From Cytophagales bacterium (GTDB lineage Bacteria; Bacteroidota; Bacteroidia; Cytophagales; JAPOQI01): a DNA stretch of 64,000 nt. This document shows, piece by piece, positions 36,462 to 48,038 of this stretch. Position numbers and translations under genes: made by a program. The stretch is taken from positions 11,182 to 75,181 of the forward strand of contig JAPOQI010000147.1 in NCBI GenBank assembly GCA_026710765.1, read 5' to 3'. The notes beneath the pieces were generated by a model, which was not told the origin of the DNA, made no database searches, and was given only the letters and a program-made list of their open reading frames with translations. Position 1 is the first letter of the stretch. Each line of letters opens with the position of its first letter.

Positions 36462-38720
36462 ATGTCCTCCTCAGTAAAAATACTTTCTGCAGATGATCAG
36501 CCGATTCAGATGTCGCTGGAGGAAGAAAAACAACACATGATCAGGTTGTACAGGAGCATGCTCTCCTATGCCCGGGATAGGCTGAGTTCCCAAGACATTA
36601 AGGACGTTAAAAGGGCTTTTGTGCTTGCCTCTGAAGCACATGAAGGCATGCGCCGAAGATCTGGCGAACCTTATATGTATCATCCCTTGGAGGTAGCCCG
36701 CATTTGTGCCAGAGAAATCCATCTGACCAGTGCAACTACCCTTATTTCGTGTTTGCTCCATGATGTGGTAGAAGATACGGATCTGACCCTAGAAGATCTT
36801 GCCAAGCGTTTTGAACCTGCTGTTATAAATATTATTGGGGGCCTGACCAAGATTTCTACCGTTTTTGAACAGGGGACCTCAGAACAAGCTGAAAACTTTC
36901 GCAAGGTACTCCTTACCCTTTCTTCTGATGTGCGGGTAATTCTGATCAAATTGGCAGACCGTCTTCACAACATGCGTACCCTACATAGCCTGCCTCGTCG
37001 GAAACGAATTCGGATCGCCTCCGAAACCATGTATCTATATGCACCCCTAGCTCATAGAATGGGATTGCACGTTATGAAATCTGAACTAGAAGATTTATGC
37101 CTGAAATATACTGAACCCGACGGATTTCGCTACATCGCCCACAAGCTCAAGCAAACCAAGGTACAGCGAGATAGATTCATTAAGAAATTTATACAACCCA
37201 TTAAAAAAGCCTTATCCTTTTGTGAAATTAATTATCCTGTCGTCATCAATGGAAGGACCAAATCTATTTATTCCATATGGTCCAAGATGAAAAAGCAACG
37301 CATTCCGTTCAAAGACATCTATGATCTCTTTGCCTTGCGAATCGTGATAGACGTCCCTGAAGACAGGGAAAAGGAATTGTGTTGGCAAATATATTCTCTT
37401 GTGACAGATATCTATAAACCCAATCCAGATAGACTTAGAGACTGGATCAGTACACCCAAGTCTAATGGTTACGAGTCGCTCCATACGACGGTTATGTCGG
37501 GCTCAGGACAATGGGTAGAAGTTCAAATTCGTTCTTGCAGGATGGATGAAATTGCAGAAAGGGGATATGCTGCACATTGGAGATACAAGGAGCAAACTAC
37601 GGATTCTCAAAACAGGGAATCTATGTTGGATCATTGGCTCTTGAAGGTACGGGGCATGTTGGAAAATAAAATCCAAACCGATGCAGTAGACTTTGTACAA
37701 GATTTCCGATCCAGCCTCCAAACCAGAGAGGTCTATGCTTTTACCCCAAAAGGAAGACTTTGCATATTGAGTGAAGGTGCCACCGTTTTGGATTTCGCTT
37801 TTGAAGTGCACACTGAGATTGGTAAAACCTGCATAGGCGGTAAGGTGAATCATCAACTCCAACCCCTAAACTATAAACTTAAAAATGGAGACCAGATAGA
37901 AATTCTAAGCTCCTCACAGCAAAGACCACAAGAAGCATGGCTCAAGTTTTTGGCCACCTCAAAGGCTAGAAATGCGGTCAGACAATCCTTGGAAGAAGAA
38001 CGTAGAGAACTCGTGGAAAGAGGAAAACACCAGGTGCGAGAACATTTATTTCCCATCACAAAAGGAGAAAACGAAGAAAAAGACATGAAAAAGCTAAACA
38101 ACAACCTAGATAAGTTGGTACAATATTTTCAACTATCCAGTGAGAAGGATCTATACCATCAGGTTGGAGAGGGTAAACTGCCCCTGAGCAAGCTAGCGAA
38201 GATATATGAGCAGCTTATTCAAGCTACAAACTCAAATAAAAAGACCCCTGAGGAGATGGGTAATTCAAAAAAGGCTATGATTCTGGGTTTGGACTCCACT
38301 CATAAACATGGAGAACCCCAATTAGCACCTTGCTGTCATCCTTTGCCTGGGGATGAAGTTTTTGGGGTCAAAACCTACGAAGGGGTCAAAATTCACAGAA
38401 ACTCTTGCAAAAACGCACCGGAATTGCTTTCCCAACATGGAGACCAAATCGTTTGGGTGGAATGGAATCAAGATCTAGAAAATCGTTCCATGGCGGTGAT
38501 TTCCTTGCGCGGATTTGATAGAAGAGGAATGACACGAGATATCATGCAAGTTATTTCGGTAGAGTCAGAAATCAATGCACAATCCGTGTACTTAAACGTA
38601 AACAATAGTATTTTTGAAGGAGAGGTTAAACTCTATATTAATGGGACAGAGAGATTAAACAGACTCTTGGATAGACTCAGTGAGGTCAAGGGGGTTGTGA
38701 GCGTGGTTCGTTCAGATTGA
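36462..38720 (+). CDS. Bifunctional (p)ppGpp synthetase/hydrolase (RelA/SpoT homolog)
   Basis: HD domain (HDVVEDT), synthetase block (GR.KSIYSIW.KM; YESLHTTV), then TGS and ACT-like C-terminal domains. 752 aa. Confidence 0.92.
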   Translation: MSSSVKILSADDQPIQMSLEEEKQHMIRLYRSMLSYARDRLSSQDIKDVKRAFVLASEAHEGMRRRSGEPYMYHPLEVARICAREIHLTSATTLISCLLHDVVEDTDLTLEDLAKRFEPAVINIIGGLTKISTVFEQGTSEQAENFRKVLLTLSSDVRVILIKLADRLHNMRTLHSLPRRKRIRIASETMYLYAPLAHRMGLHVMKSELEDLCLKYTEPDGFRYIAHKLKQTKVQRDRFIKKFIQPIKKALSFCEINYPVVINGRTKSIYSIWSKMKKQRIPFKDIYDLFALRIVIDVPEDREKELCWQIYSLVTDIYKPNPDRLRDWISTPKSNGYESLHTTVMSGSGQWVEVQIRSCRMDEIAERGYAAHWRYKEQTTDSQNRESMLDHWLLKVRGMLENKIQTDAVDFVQDFRSSLQTREVYAFTPKGRLCILSEGATVLDFAFEVHTEIGKTCIGGKVNHQLQPLNYKLKNGDQIEILSSSQQRPQEAWLKFLATSKARNAVRQSLEEERRELVERGKHQVREHLFPITKGENEEKDMKKLNNNLDKLVQYFQLSSEKDLYHQVGEGKLPLSKLAKIYEQLIQATNSNKKTPEEMGNSKKAMILGLDSTHKHGEPQLAPCCHPLPGDEVFGVKTYEGVKIHRNSCKNAPELLSQHGDQIVWVEWNQDLENRSMAVISLRGFDRRGMTRDIMQVISVESEINAQSVYLNVNNSIFEGEVKLYINGTERLNRLLDRLSEVKGVVSVVRSD

Positions 38721-38760
38721 TCAAAAACAAGATGGGGCGATCCATCAGGAATAAGCTGTT

Positions 38761-39252
38761 ATGAAAGAAGTATCAGAAAATAAGATTGGGACAGGAAAAG
38801 GGATTAAAAATCAGGAAACTAAGGATCAATGGCCCGAGGTGGAAAAGGTTTTTACTGCCTTTGTGGAAAGGGAAGGGTATAGAAAAACGCCTGAGAGATA
38901 TCTTATCCTGAAGGAAATATACGAATCAGGAGGACACTTTGATGTGGATGAATTACATATGCGTATTCGGCAGAAAGGAAAGAAGATCAGTCGGGCAACC
39001 CTCTACAATACCCTAGAACTGCTCATGGCATGCCGTCTTGTCCTTAGACATCAATTTGAAGAAGGTGCCACCCAATATGAACCCGCCTATGGAAATAGAC
39101 AACATCATCATGCGGTTTGTGTGAAATGTGGAAAGATCATAGAGTTTTGTGATCCTAGGGTGGGAGATTTGGACAAGGCTTTAGAGGAAGTCTTTAATTT
39201 TCGCGTCACGCATCGTTCCTTGGTTGTTTATGGGGAATGTGATTCTCACTGA
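38761..39252 (+). CDS. fur: Fur-family transcriptional regulator
   Basis: Winged-helix N-terminus, HHH.VC.KCGKIIEF and a C-terminal CxxH. It sits in the usual relA-fur-purA order. Confidence 0.85.
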   Translation: MKEVSENKIGTGKGIKNQETKDQWPEVEKVFTAFVEREGYRKTPERYLILKEIYESGGHFDVDELHMRIRQKGKKISRATLYNTLELLMACRLVLRHQFEEGATQYEPAYGNRQHHHAVCVKCGKIIEFCDPRVGDLDKALEEVFNFRVTHRSLVVYGECDSH

Positions 39253-39268
39253 AGGGAAGGAGCTTTAG

Positions 39269-40540
<1,272 letters not shown>

Positions 40541-40617
40541 TTTATAGGGGTATGATAAGATTTGGGATTGGGAAGAATTTTTGCTAGTATGAGCAGAGCT
40601 TTTGAGAATATTGGAGG

Positions 40618-42486
40618 ATGAGGTTTTTAGAATTTAGATTGGCGGTGAAGAGGATCTGGGGAATCGTGATCGTTACATGCTGTTTTTGTTTTCTGAGTAT
40701 GGGATTTCTGTATGCCCAATCCTCGGTGGGTTTAGTACGTTTTGTTCTTAAGGAAGGGTCTAGGGGTGCTTCCGAGTTTAGTATTGTTCAGAAAGATGAT
40801 GCAGGTCAGACAGGACGGGTTCCCCCTGAAGAAAGCTATCATGGGGTCCTTTCGGATGTGAATTTTCTATCCCCTGGGGAAGCCGTTAATCTGGCTGACA
40901 GAACAGCTTGGAAAGGAAATGTGCAGGCAAAGAAGCTGCCGGGAGAAGAGAAAGCCGAATTCAACTTTACGGGTCTCAAACCCAAAACTTTATATTATGT
41001 GTATATCACTGCTTATGGTGCGGGGGGTGATTCACGTAATTTTCGTACCCAGCATCTTAAAATTTCTACACCTCCTGAGGCGGGTGATGAGGTTGATCCG
41101 CCCAGATTACATGTTCTCCGAACAAGTCCTGAGGAGGCTATTTTCAGGTATGTATCCAACAGAGATGCTGTACTCTATTGGATTCTGAAAGATCTCTCAG
41201 GAGACGATCTTGAAGCCGATCCGAATGTAGAGGCTGAGGATGTACGAGAAGGGGAAGGGGTTATTAAGAAGGATGAAATCTTGGAAGGACATGCAGGGGA
41301 AGATGTGATAGAAATTTCGGATCTCTCCGCAGGAAGGGGTTATGTCTTGTATGCTGTTTCTGAGTTGGGTGGACAACTTTCTGATCTGAGGTTTGCAGCC
41401 TTTGTGACAGGGGAAAATAATACCTCAACCGCAACAGGAAAATCCTTGGAAAAAAAGATAGGAGTTCCTTTTCAGATCAGAAGTACTTCCTCCAAGAAGG
41501 CATTGGCTAATTTCAAATTTGCCTATACTGATGAAGAAGGAGAGGAACAAAACGCTGAACCCCTAAGTTTATCTTCAGGAGAAACCCTGTATTGGCTGGT
41601 CTCAACGGGAGGGGCTATAAATTTGAGTGGGGAGCATATTCGCTCCTATGTGGAGAAACCCAACTTGTCGGAAGGCAAACTGTTCAATGTTACAGCAAAA
41701 GCTGCTGGAAAAGAATCCTCAGGGGAGGTGGATGAGATAGAGATCGGGGGTTTGGAGGGAAAAACTAGGTATGTGTTTTATTATGTTATCCGAAAAGGAG
41801 AAGCTTACAGTGGTGTCCACTCATATTTTTTCCGTACCCTCTGGCAAAGTCCCAGCATCACACCCAAAGGAATTCAAGCAAAGAGTGCAGAATTATCCTT
41901 GGAACGCCTACCCCCACGAACCCAAGCCTATTGGCTTCTGATATCAAGTCATCAAGTGGCTTCTCTCAGCCCCGATAGATTTATAAAAGCTGCTGAGATC
42001 GGAAAATGGACAAAGAATCTCATCCACCCCAAAACAGAACAATCAGGTAAGGAGATAAATGGAACCCCACATGTTGAGGCGGCCTCCCGAGCTATACGGC
42101 TAAACGGACTTAGTCCCTCTTCCTCTTATAGCTTTTGTGTGGTTTTCGTGGAAGAAGAGAGCCATTCTGAATTGGGTTGTTTCTCTTTCCAAACCCCAGC
42201 CGAAGCTGAACCCACAACTCTTCCCGAAATTTCTCCCCTAGGGCAGGACAGAAAAACTCCATTCCAACGCCCTCCCCTTCTCTATCCCAATCCTACATCA
42301 GGTCTGTTGTACTTACCTGAAGAATGGGTAGGCAAGAAGCTGGTTTTGTGCACTTCTTCTGGAGAACTAGCGGGTCTATATTATCTTGGATCAGGTTCTG
42401 AGTTGGATTTGAGGGATCTGAGTTCGGGCTTATATTTTCTGCGAGATGCCTCAGGTAGGGATTATAGACTGATTCTGAAAAAATGA
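40618..42486 (+). CDS. Secreted T9SS cargo protein with four degenerate beta-sandwich repeats and a Por_Secre_tail sorting domain
   Basis: Signal peptide at the N-terminus. The C-terminal ~75 aa (LLYPNPTSGLLYLP...LDLRDLSSGLYFLR) form a type A T9SS CTD. Recurring motifs are YW(I/L)L at the start of each module and Y.(F/L)Y.V at the end. Confidence 0.75.
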   Translation: MRFLEFRLAVKRIWGIVIVTCCFCFLSMGFLYAQSSVGLVRFVLKEGSRGASEFSIVQKDDAGQTGRVPPEESYHGVLSDVNFLSPGEAVNLADRTAWKGNVQAKKLPGEEKAEFNFTGLKPKTLYYVYITAYGAGGDSRNFRTQHLKISTPPEAGDEVDPPRLHVLRTSPEEAIFRYVSNRDAVLYWILKDLSGDDLEADPNVEAEDVREGEGVIKKDEILEGHAGEDVIEISDLSAGRGYVLYAVSELGGQLSDLRFAAFVTGENNTSTATGKSLEKKIGVPFQIRSTSSKKALANFKFAYTDEEGEEQNAEPLSLSSGETLYWLVSTGGAINLSGEHIRSYVEKPNLSEGKLFNVTAKAAGKESSGEVDEIEIGGLEGKTRYVFYYVIRKGEAYSGVHSYFFRTLWQSPSITPKGIQAKSAELSLERLPPRTQAYWLLISSHQVASLSPDRFIKAAEIGKWTKNLIHPKTEQSGKEINGTPHVEAASRAIRLNGLSPSSSYSFCVVFVEEESHSELGCFSFQTPAEAEPTTLPEISPLGQDRKTPFQRPPLLYPNPTSGLLYLPEEWVGKKLVLCTSSGELAGLYYLGSGSELDLRDLSSGLYFLRDASGRDYRLILKK

Positions 42487-42547
42487 AAGGATTCTTTGTC
42501 AAATGTTTTAGGGCTAAGATTCGGATATGAGAAAGAAAACGGGATAG

Positions 42548-43354
42548 ATGTACGGAGAATTGGATGGATTATTGCCTCGGGTTCGGGAGGTGGCTGAGCG
42601 GGTAGGTTCTTTTGTTCGGAAGGAGGCTCGTTCTTTTCAGCTTTCCCAGGTAGAGCGAAAGGAAGAGGGGAGTTTTGTATCTTATGTGGATAGACAAGCT
42701 GAGGAGATTCTGGTGCAGGCACTCTCTGAACTTCTACCCGGTACGGGTTTTCTTACGGAAGAAAAGACGGTTCAAAACACGAGCAATCGGGAAGACTACT
42801 GGACCATAGATCCCCTGGATGGCACCTTCAATTTCATACATGGTCTCCCCCCATATTGTGTGAATATAGGTTTGGTACAAGGTGGAAATCCTGTCCTATG
42901 TGTGACCTATGAGCTGAGTCGGAATGAATGTTTTTATGCCATTCGGGGCAAAGGAGGGTTCCGAAATGGGGAACCTATCAAGGTATCTGAGGTGGTTGAC
43001 TTTTCCACAGCCTTGATCGTGATGGGATTTTCCAATCAGGCCAGACAATTGCCTGAATTTCTTCTCTTACTCAGAACCTTGGCTGAACGAGGCGTTGGAT
43101 TTAGACGAACGGGTTCCACCGCAGCCAATTTGGCTTATGTGGCTTGCGGACGAGTAGACGCTTTTTTAGGACGAGATATGACCCCTTGGGATATGTCTCC
43201 GGGAACCCTTTTGGTGGAAGAAGCCAGAGGAACCGTATCCAATATGGCAGGGGAAGAATTGTGCTTTGAACAGGGAGATTTCTTGGTGGCAGGGGGATTA
43301 CATAGTTCTTTGGTAGAGATATTGAAAGACATATCCTTACCCGATGATGTATAA
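42548..43354 (+). CDS. suhB: Inositol monophosphatase family protein
   Basis: FLTEE, WTIDPLDGTFNFIHG and W.D.SPG motifs. Confidence 0.88.
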   Translation: MYGELDGLLPRVREVAERVGSFVRKEARSFQLSQVERKEEGSFVSYVDRQAEEILVQALSELLPGTGFLTEEKTVQNTSNREDYWTIDPLDGTFNFIHGLPPYCVNIGLVQGGNPVLCVTYELSRNECFYAIRGKGGFRNGEPIKVSEVVDFSTALIVMGFSNQARQLPEFLLLLRTLAERGVGFRRTGSTAANLAYVACGRVDAFLGRDMTPWDMSPGTLLVEEARGTVSNMAGEELCFEQGDFLVAGGLHSSLVEILKDISLPDDV

Positions 43355-43372
43355 ATCTAATGATTAAACTAT

Positions 43373-44431
43373 ATGGCCGTTTGGAACAAGATCACATATC
43401 AGTTATTTCGGGAAGCCGTGGGTTCATTATCTATACATGAGGTCTGTGCTGCCCTTGGACTTAACAAAGGCACGGTAAAGAGGTGGCAGTCGTTAAAACG
43501 TGTCCCACCTTCTTATTACAGGGATTTTGCCAGGTTATTAAATTATAGCCAATATGCACATGAGAATCCACGGGAAAAGGATCAATTTTATACCCTTCCT
43601 TCTGTGGCTAATAAATGCCTTAGCACTTTTCAGGCGGTTATGAAAGATCTTGGAATCTTGCTCCATGAGTATACCTTCATTGAACCCTCAGCAGGAGAGG
43701 GGGTTTTTCTTTCTCTCTTGGCGAAAGAGAAAAGAATAGGTCTGGATATTGAACCCCAAGGAGAAAGTATTATGAGGCGCGATTACTTGACATGGTTGCC
43801 CAAAAAGGGGAAGTACATCGTAATAGGAAATCCCCCTTTTGGGCTTAGGGGACACCTGGCCTTGCAATTTATCAATCATTCTGCTAAGTTTGCGGATGTT
43901 GTTGCGTTCATACTGCCCCCTCTGTTTAATTCAGATGGCAAAGGTTCGCCTTATAAGAGAGTGCATCCCCAGTATAAGCTTGCATATTGTTCTAAGTTAG
44001 ATCCGAATAGCTTTGTCTATCCCAATCATCAGCCTGTGCAAGTTCAGGCTATATTTCAAGTTTGGACCAAGATAGGCAAGGACAAAATTATAAAGCAGCC
44101 TATAAAAACCTGTAAAACTTATATTCGTGTCTTCTCTTTGTCCGATGGGGGAACACCTAGTACGACTAGGAATAAAAATATGCTGAATACATGTGATATT
44201 TACCTACCCTCCACCTGTTTTCGTGGGATGGGTGTTTATGATAGCTTTGCTAAATTACCCAATAACAGAGGCTATGGTGTTGTGGTACTAAAAAACAAAG
44301 ATGAGGTCTTGTCCATGTTAAGGGGTGCAGACTGGGGAAGGATTGCTTTTCGCGGCACAAATGGCTCCTTGAATTTGCGCACTAGCATGATAGAAAAGGT
44401 ACTGATAGAACAGGGAATTTATGACAAATGA
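43373..44431 (+). CDS. Orphan N6-adenine DNA methyltransferase (gamma-class, TaqI-like order) with an N-terminal HTH
   Basis: HTH-like LSIHEVCAALGLNKGTVKRWQ, motif I FIEPSAGEGVFL, motif IV VIGNPPFG, then a ~190-aa putative target-recognition region. Confidence 0.75.
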   Translation: MAVWNKITYQLFREAVGSLSIHEVCAALGLNKGTVKRWQSLKRVPPSYYRDFARLLNYSQYAHENPREKDQFYTLPSVANKCLSTFQAVMKDLGILLHEYTFIEPSAGEGVFLSLLAKEKRIGLDIEPQGESIMRRDYLTWLPKKGKYIVIGNPPFGLRGHLALQFINHSAKFADVVAFILPPLFNSDGKGSPYKRVHPQYKLAYCSKLDPNSFVYPNHQPVQVQAIFQVWTKIGKDKIIKQPIKTCKTYIRVFSLSDGGTPSTTRNKNMLNTCDIYLPSTCFRGMGVYDSFAKLPNNRGYGVVVLKNKDEVLSMLRGADWGRIAFRGTNGSLNLRTSMIEKVLIEQGIYDK

Positions 44432-44463
44432 TATTGAGAATGTTACAATTAATATAGAGAAGC

Positions 44464-46575
44464 ATGGGAATTATTACTAAGATAAGAGAGCGAGCAGGTT
44501 GGGTAGTGGGTCTGATCGCCATTTCGCTATTATTCTTTCTATTGGGTGGGGATTTGCTGAGTCCGAATTCTATTCTTTTGGGACGGGATGATGGAAAGGT
44601 GGGTGAAATCAATGGGAAGGACATCAGTTTGGATATCTATCGGGGTGTGGTGGAGCGACTCAATTACAATTATCGTCTGAATTATAATAAGCCCCCGGAT
44701 GCAGAAGCATCCTATTATCTACGCGAACAAGCTTGGCAAGAATTGATCAGAACCTATGCCTATCAGGATCAATATGAGGTCCTGGGCTTGACCATCACAG
44801 ATGAAGAATTGGTAGATATGGTGCAGGGAAATAATGTAGCCGAATCGGTTAAGCAGGCTTTTAAAAAGGAAGAAGATCAGTCCTTTGATAAGGAAGCCCT
44901 TAAGGGCTTCCTAGAAAAGCTATCCGAAGCTTCCCCTGAAAGACAAGCTATTTGGCATCTCTTTGAAAAAAGTCTGAAAGAGAATCGGTACTTGGAAAAG
45001 TATAAAAGCCTCTTCTCGCATAGCCATTATGTGACAGAAGCTGAGGCACAAAGAAAACATCAGACCCTCCATGAAAAAAGAGATATTAGCTATCTCTTTA
45101 TCCCATTTTCTGCCTTCCCAGATAGTCTTTACATCCCTTCGGAAAAGGAAGGCAAGGATTATTTGGAAAATAATGCCCCCAAATATCAAGAAAAGAGGTA
45201 TCGGAACGCATTGTATATTAATTTTCCTATTGTTCCTTCTTCCCAAGATAGCTTGGATCTCCGAGAAAACATGATAAGCTTGAAAGAAGAGTTTGCACGG
45301 ACAAAGAATGATTCTCTTTTCGCCTTAGGTAGAACAGAAGGAAAAGATTCTTATAAGCGGTATACATTGAAGGATTTGCCAGATAATTTATCTTCAAGCT
45401 ATAATAACCTCTCGAAAGGAAGTCTTTGGGGTCCCTTTGAAAAAGACGATCATAGCATCTTGTATAAGATTTCTGGAGTGGAAGAAGGAAAAGAAGCTTA
45501 TCTCCGTGCTAAGCACATCCTATTCAAACCCGATAAAGAGGGTGGAGAAGCCTCACGCAAAAAAGCAAAAAAAGAAGCACTTGGTATTTTGAAAAAGCTC
45601 AAGCGAGGTGCCGATTTTGCTAAGATGGCACAGCTGCACGGAACCGATGGCACCTCCTCTAGGGGGGGTGATTTGGGATGGTTCAAAAAAGGACAAATGG
45701 TGGCTCCTTTTGAAAAAGCTGTATTTTCTGTGAAGAGAAAGGGATTAATCCCTAATCTGGTGGAGACAGATTTTGGCTATCATATTGTTTCCGTGACAGA
45801 ACTGCCTCAGACAAAGACCTACCAAATTGCCAGCATCTTGGTTCAATTTCTAGCAGGAGAAGAAACAAGATCTGGGGTCTATCAAAAGGCGGCTGCTTTT
45901 TCTCTTCGCGCCCAAAATATTGCATCCTTCCGAACCGCAGCCAAGGAAGAAAACCTGCTGATCCAGGAAGCTTCTCGGGTATTTCCCAACGACAGAAACT
46001 TAGGTGCCCTCTCAGAGGCTAGAACTTTGGTTTCTTGGTTATACAATCAAGCCGAGGTGGGAGATGTATCCGAAATATTTGAACGGGAAAATGAATTTGT
46101 ACTCCTGTGCTTGGAAAACGAACAACCTAAGGGGTTGGCACGTTGGGAGATGGTCAAGGAAGAAATTGAAAAGGAACTTATCAAAGAGAAGAAGGTGGAA
46201 GACATCCTCTCTCAGCTTCCTCGTACAGGAACCCTAGATGATAAAATACAACCCTTCCTCCCCCATGCCCAGGTCTATGTTACGGAAGGATTGTCCCTGG
46301 AAAAAACACGTCTACAAAATATTGATGGGAAGGCACATCAGGCTGTGGGTGTTGCTTTTGCTTTGCCCGAGAAGGGTGCCTTCTCAGAAGCCGTAGTTGT
46401 AGAAGAAGGGGTGGTTCTGATTCAGTTGGATGAGATAATTCCAATCGTTGAAGAAGATGTTCAAAAGCAAAGAGAAGCGCTTCAAAAGCAAAAAAAGGAA
46501 GCAGAACCTAGCTTGGTCTCCAAAGCAGTGGAAGATAAAGCCGAAATTGAAGATAAACGATACAGGTTCTTCTGA
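44464..46575 (+). CDS. Periplasmic chaperone / peptidyl-prolyl isomerase, PpiD/SurA-like
   Basis: N-terminal TM anchor and 703 aa. Parvulin domain HILFKP...ADFAKMAQLHGTDGTSSRGGDLGWFKKGQMVAPFEKAVF. Confidence 0.8.
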   Translation: MGIITKIRERAGWVVGLIAISLLFFLLGGDLLSPNSILLGRDDGKVGEINGKDISLDIYRGVVERLNYNYRLNYNKPPDAEASYYLREQAWQELIRTYAYQDQYEVLGLTITDEELVDMVQGNNVAESVKQAFKKEEDQSFDKEALKGFLEKLSEASPERQAIWHLFEKSLKENRYLEKYKSLFSHSHYVTEAEAQRKHQTLHEKRDISYLFIPFSAFPDSLYIPSEKEGKDYLENNAPKYQEKRYRNALYINFPIVPSSQDSLDLRENMISLKEEFARTKNDSLFALGRTEGKDSYKRYTLKDLPDNLSSSYNNLSKGSLWGPFEKDDHSILYKISGVEEGKEAYLRAKHILFKPDKEGGEASRKKAKKEALGILKKLKRGADFAKMAQLHGTDGTSSRGGDLGWFKKGQMVAPFEKAVFSVKRKGLIPNLVETDFGYHIVSVTELPQTKTYQIASILVQFLAGEETRSGVYQKAAAFSLRAQNIASFRTAAKEENLLIQEASRVFPNDRNLGALSEARTLVSWLYNQAEVGDVSEIFERENEFVLLCLENEQPKGLARWEMVKEEIEKELIKEKKVEDILSQLPRTGTLDDKIQPFLPHAQVYVTEGLSLEKTRLQNIDGKAHQAVGVAFALPEKGAFSEAVVVEEGVVLIQLDEIIPIVEEDVQKQREALQKQKKEAEPSLVSKAVEDKAEIEDKRYRFF

Positions 46576-46586
46576 TTCGCCCAGAC

Positions 46587-48038
46587 CTATTTTTTGATCT
46601 TGGGTTTGAACTCTTGTTTTTTCCCACCAAGCTGTAACATGAGGGCATATGCCTCTTCCTCCGTATTGGAAATAGTTCCTGCCAGGATGGCTTCTCGGAT
46701 GGCATCCTTGATCCGTCCTACCTCTCTGCTAGGTGGAAGACGAAGAGCCTCCATAATGACATCTCCTGTGATGGGAGGTTGGAAATTTTGAAGGCGATCC
46801 TGCTCTTCTACTTCTGCCATTCGCCGTTCTACCCTATCAAAATTGTCCAGATATCTTTCTACCCGTCTGGAATTCTCAGAGGTGATGTCGGCTCTACATA
46901 GTTTCATCAGATCTTTTATATCATCTCCCAATTCAAAAAGAAGTCGTCGGATGGCAGAATGGGTAATGTCTTCTTTGGCCAACGCAATAGGACGGAGATG
47001 AAAACGAACCAGTTTGGCAACATATTTACCCTCTTGTCTCGGAAGACGGAATCGTTTGAAGATACTAGGTACCATGCGGGCTCCCATATCTTCGTGTCCA
47101 TGGAATGTCCAACCTACCCTTTTATCATATCTCTTTGTCTGAGGTTTTGCCACATCATGTAAAAGGGCGGCCCAACGTAGCCAAAGATTATCGCTCATGG
47201 CTGATGCATTGTCCAAAACCTGAAGGGTGTGATAGAAATTATTCTTGTGGGTATGCTTTCCTCTCCACTCTTGACCATGGAGGGCAGATATCTCGGGAAG
47301 GATAATAGAAAGCAGACCCGTAGAGTCTAAGAGCTTAAATCCTTGGGAAGGGGTCTGGGAGGCCATGATCCTATTTAACTCTTCCGTGATACGTTCTTGA
47401 GATACGATACGAATACGATGAACTTGTTCCCGAATACCGGCTAAGGTTGGGGGGTCAATCTGAAAATCTAATTGACAAGCAAAACGTATGGCACGCATCA
47501 TTCGGAGCGGGTCATCTGAAAAGGTAGCCGAAGGGGAACGGGGTGTTTTTAGGAGCTTCTCTTGAATATCCCCTAAGCCATTAAAAGGATCTATTAACTG
47601 AGCATAATTATGGGAATTCAAACTGATCGCCATGGTATTGCAGGTGAAATCCCTACGAGATTGATCTTCTAGGAGGGTCCCCTTTTCTACCACAGGCTTT
47701 CGAGAATCGGGTGAATAGGATTCTTTCCGAGCATCTACAAATTCTAATATCTGATCTCGGAAGGCAATCTGGGCAGTTCCAAAATTTTTATGAATACTCA
47801 AAGAAGCACCCTCACCCAAGATCCCACAGACACGTCTCGCAATTTTTTCTCCTTGGTCCAGACAAAGAAAATCCAGATCTTTGGAACTTTTACCCAGAAA
47901 GAGATCTCGGACTGCCCCTCCGACCAAATAAATCTCCACATCCTCTCTTTGAGAAGCCAAAACTACCTGTTTGACCGTTGATCTCTTATTCAACAGGTCC
48001 CACCTCTTTTCGTCAAGCCGCATCAAAAGTACAGCCAA
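46587..48038 (-). CDS. cca: CCA-adding tRNA nucleotidyltransferase / poly(A) polymerase family protein with an HD domain
   Basis: YLVGGAVRDLFLGKSSKDLDF, the RRDFT.N motif and an HD region (HD.AKP). Confidence 0.85.
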   Translation of the reverse strand: MAVLLMRLDEKRWDLLNKRSTVKQVVLASQREDVEIYLVGGAVRDLFLGKSSKDLDFLCLDQGEKIARRVCGILGEGASLSIHKNFGTAQIAFRDQILEFVDARKESYSPDSRKPVVEKGTLLEDQSRRDFTCNTMAISLNSHNYAQLIDPFNGLGDIQEKLLKTPRSPSATFSDDPLRMMRAIRFACQLDFQIDPPTLAGIREQVHRIRIVSQERITEELNRIMASQTPSQGFKLLDSTGLLSIILPEISALHGQEWRGKHTHKNNFYHTLQVLDNASAMSDNLWLRWAALLHDVAKPQTKRYDKRVGWTFHGHEDMGARMVPSIFKRFRLPRQEGKYVAKLVRFHLRPIALAKEDITHSAIRRLLFELGDDIKDLMKLCRADITSENSRRVERYLDNFDRVERRMAEVEEQDRLQNFQPPITGDVIMEALRLPPSREVGRIKDAIREAILAGTISNTEEEAYALMLQLGGKKQEFKPKIKK

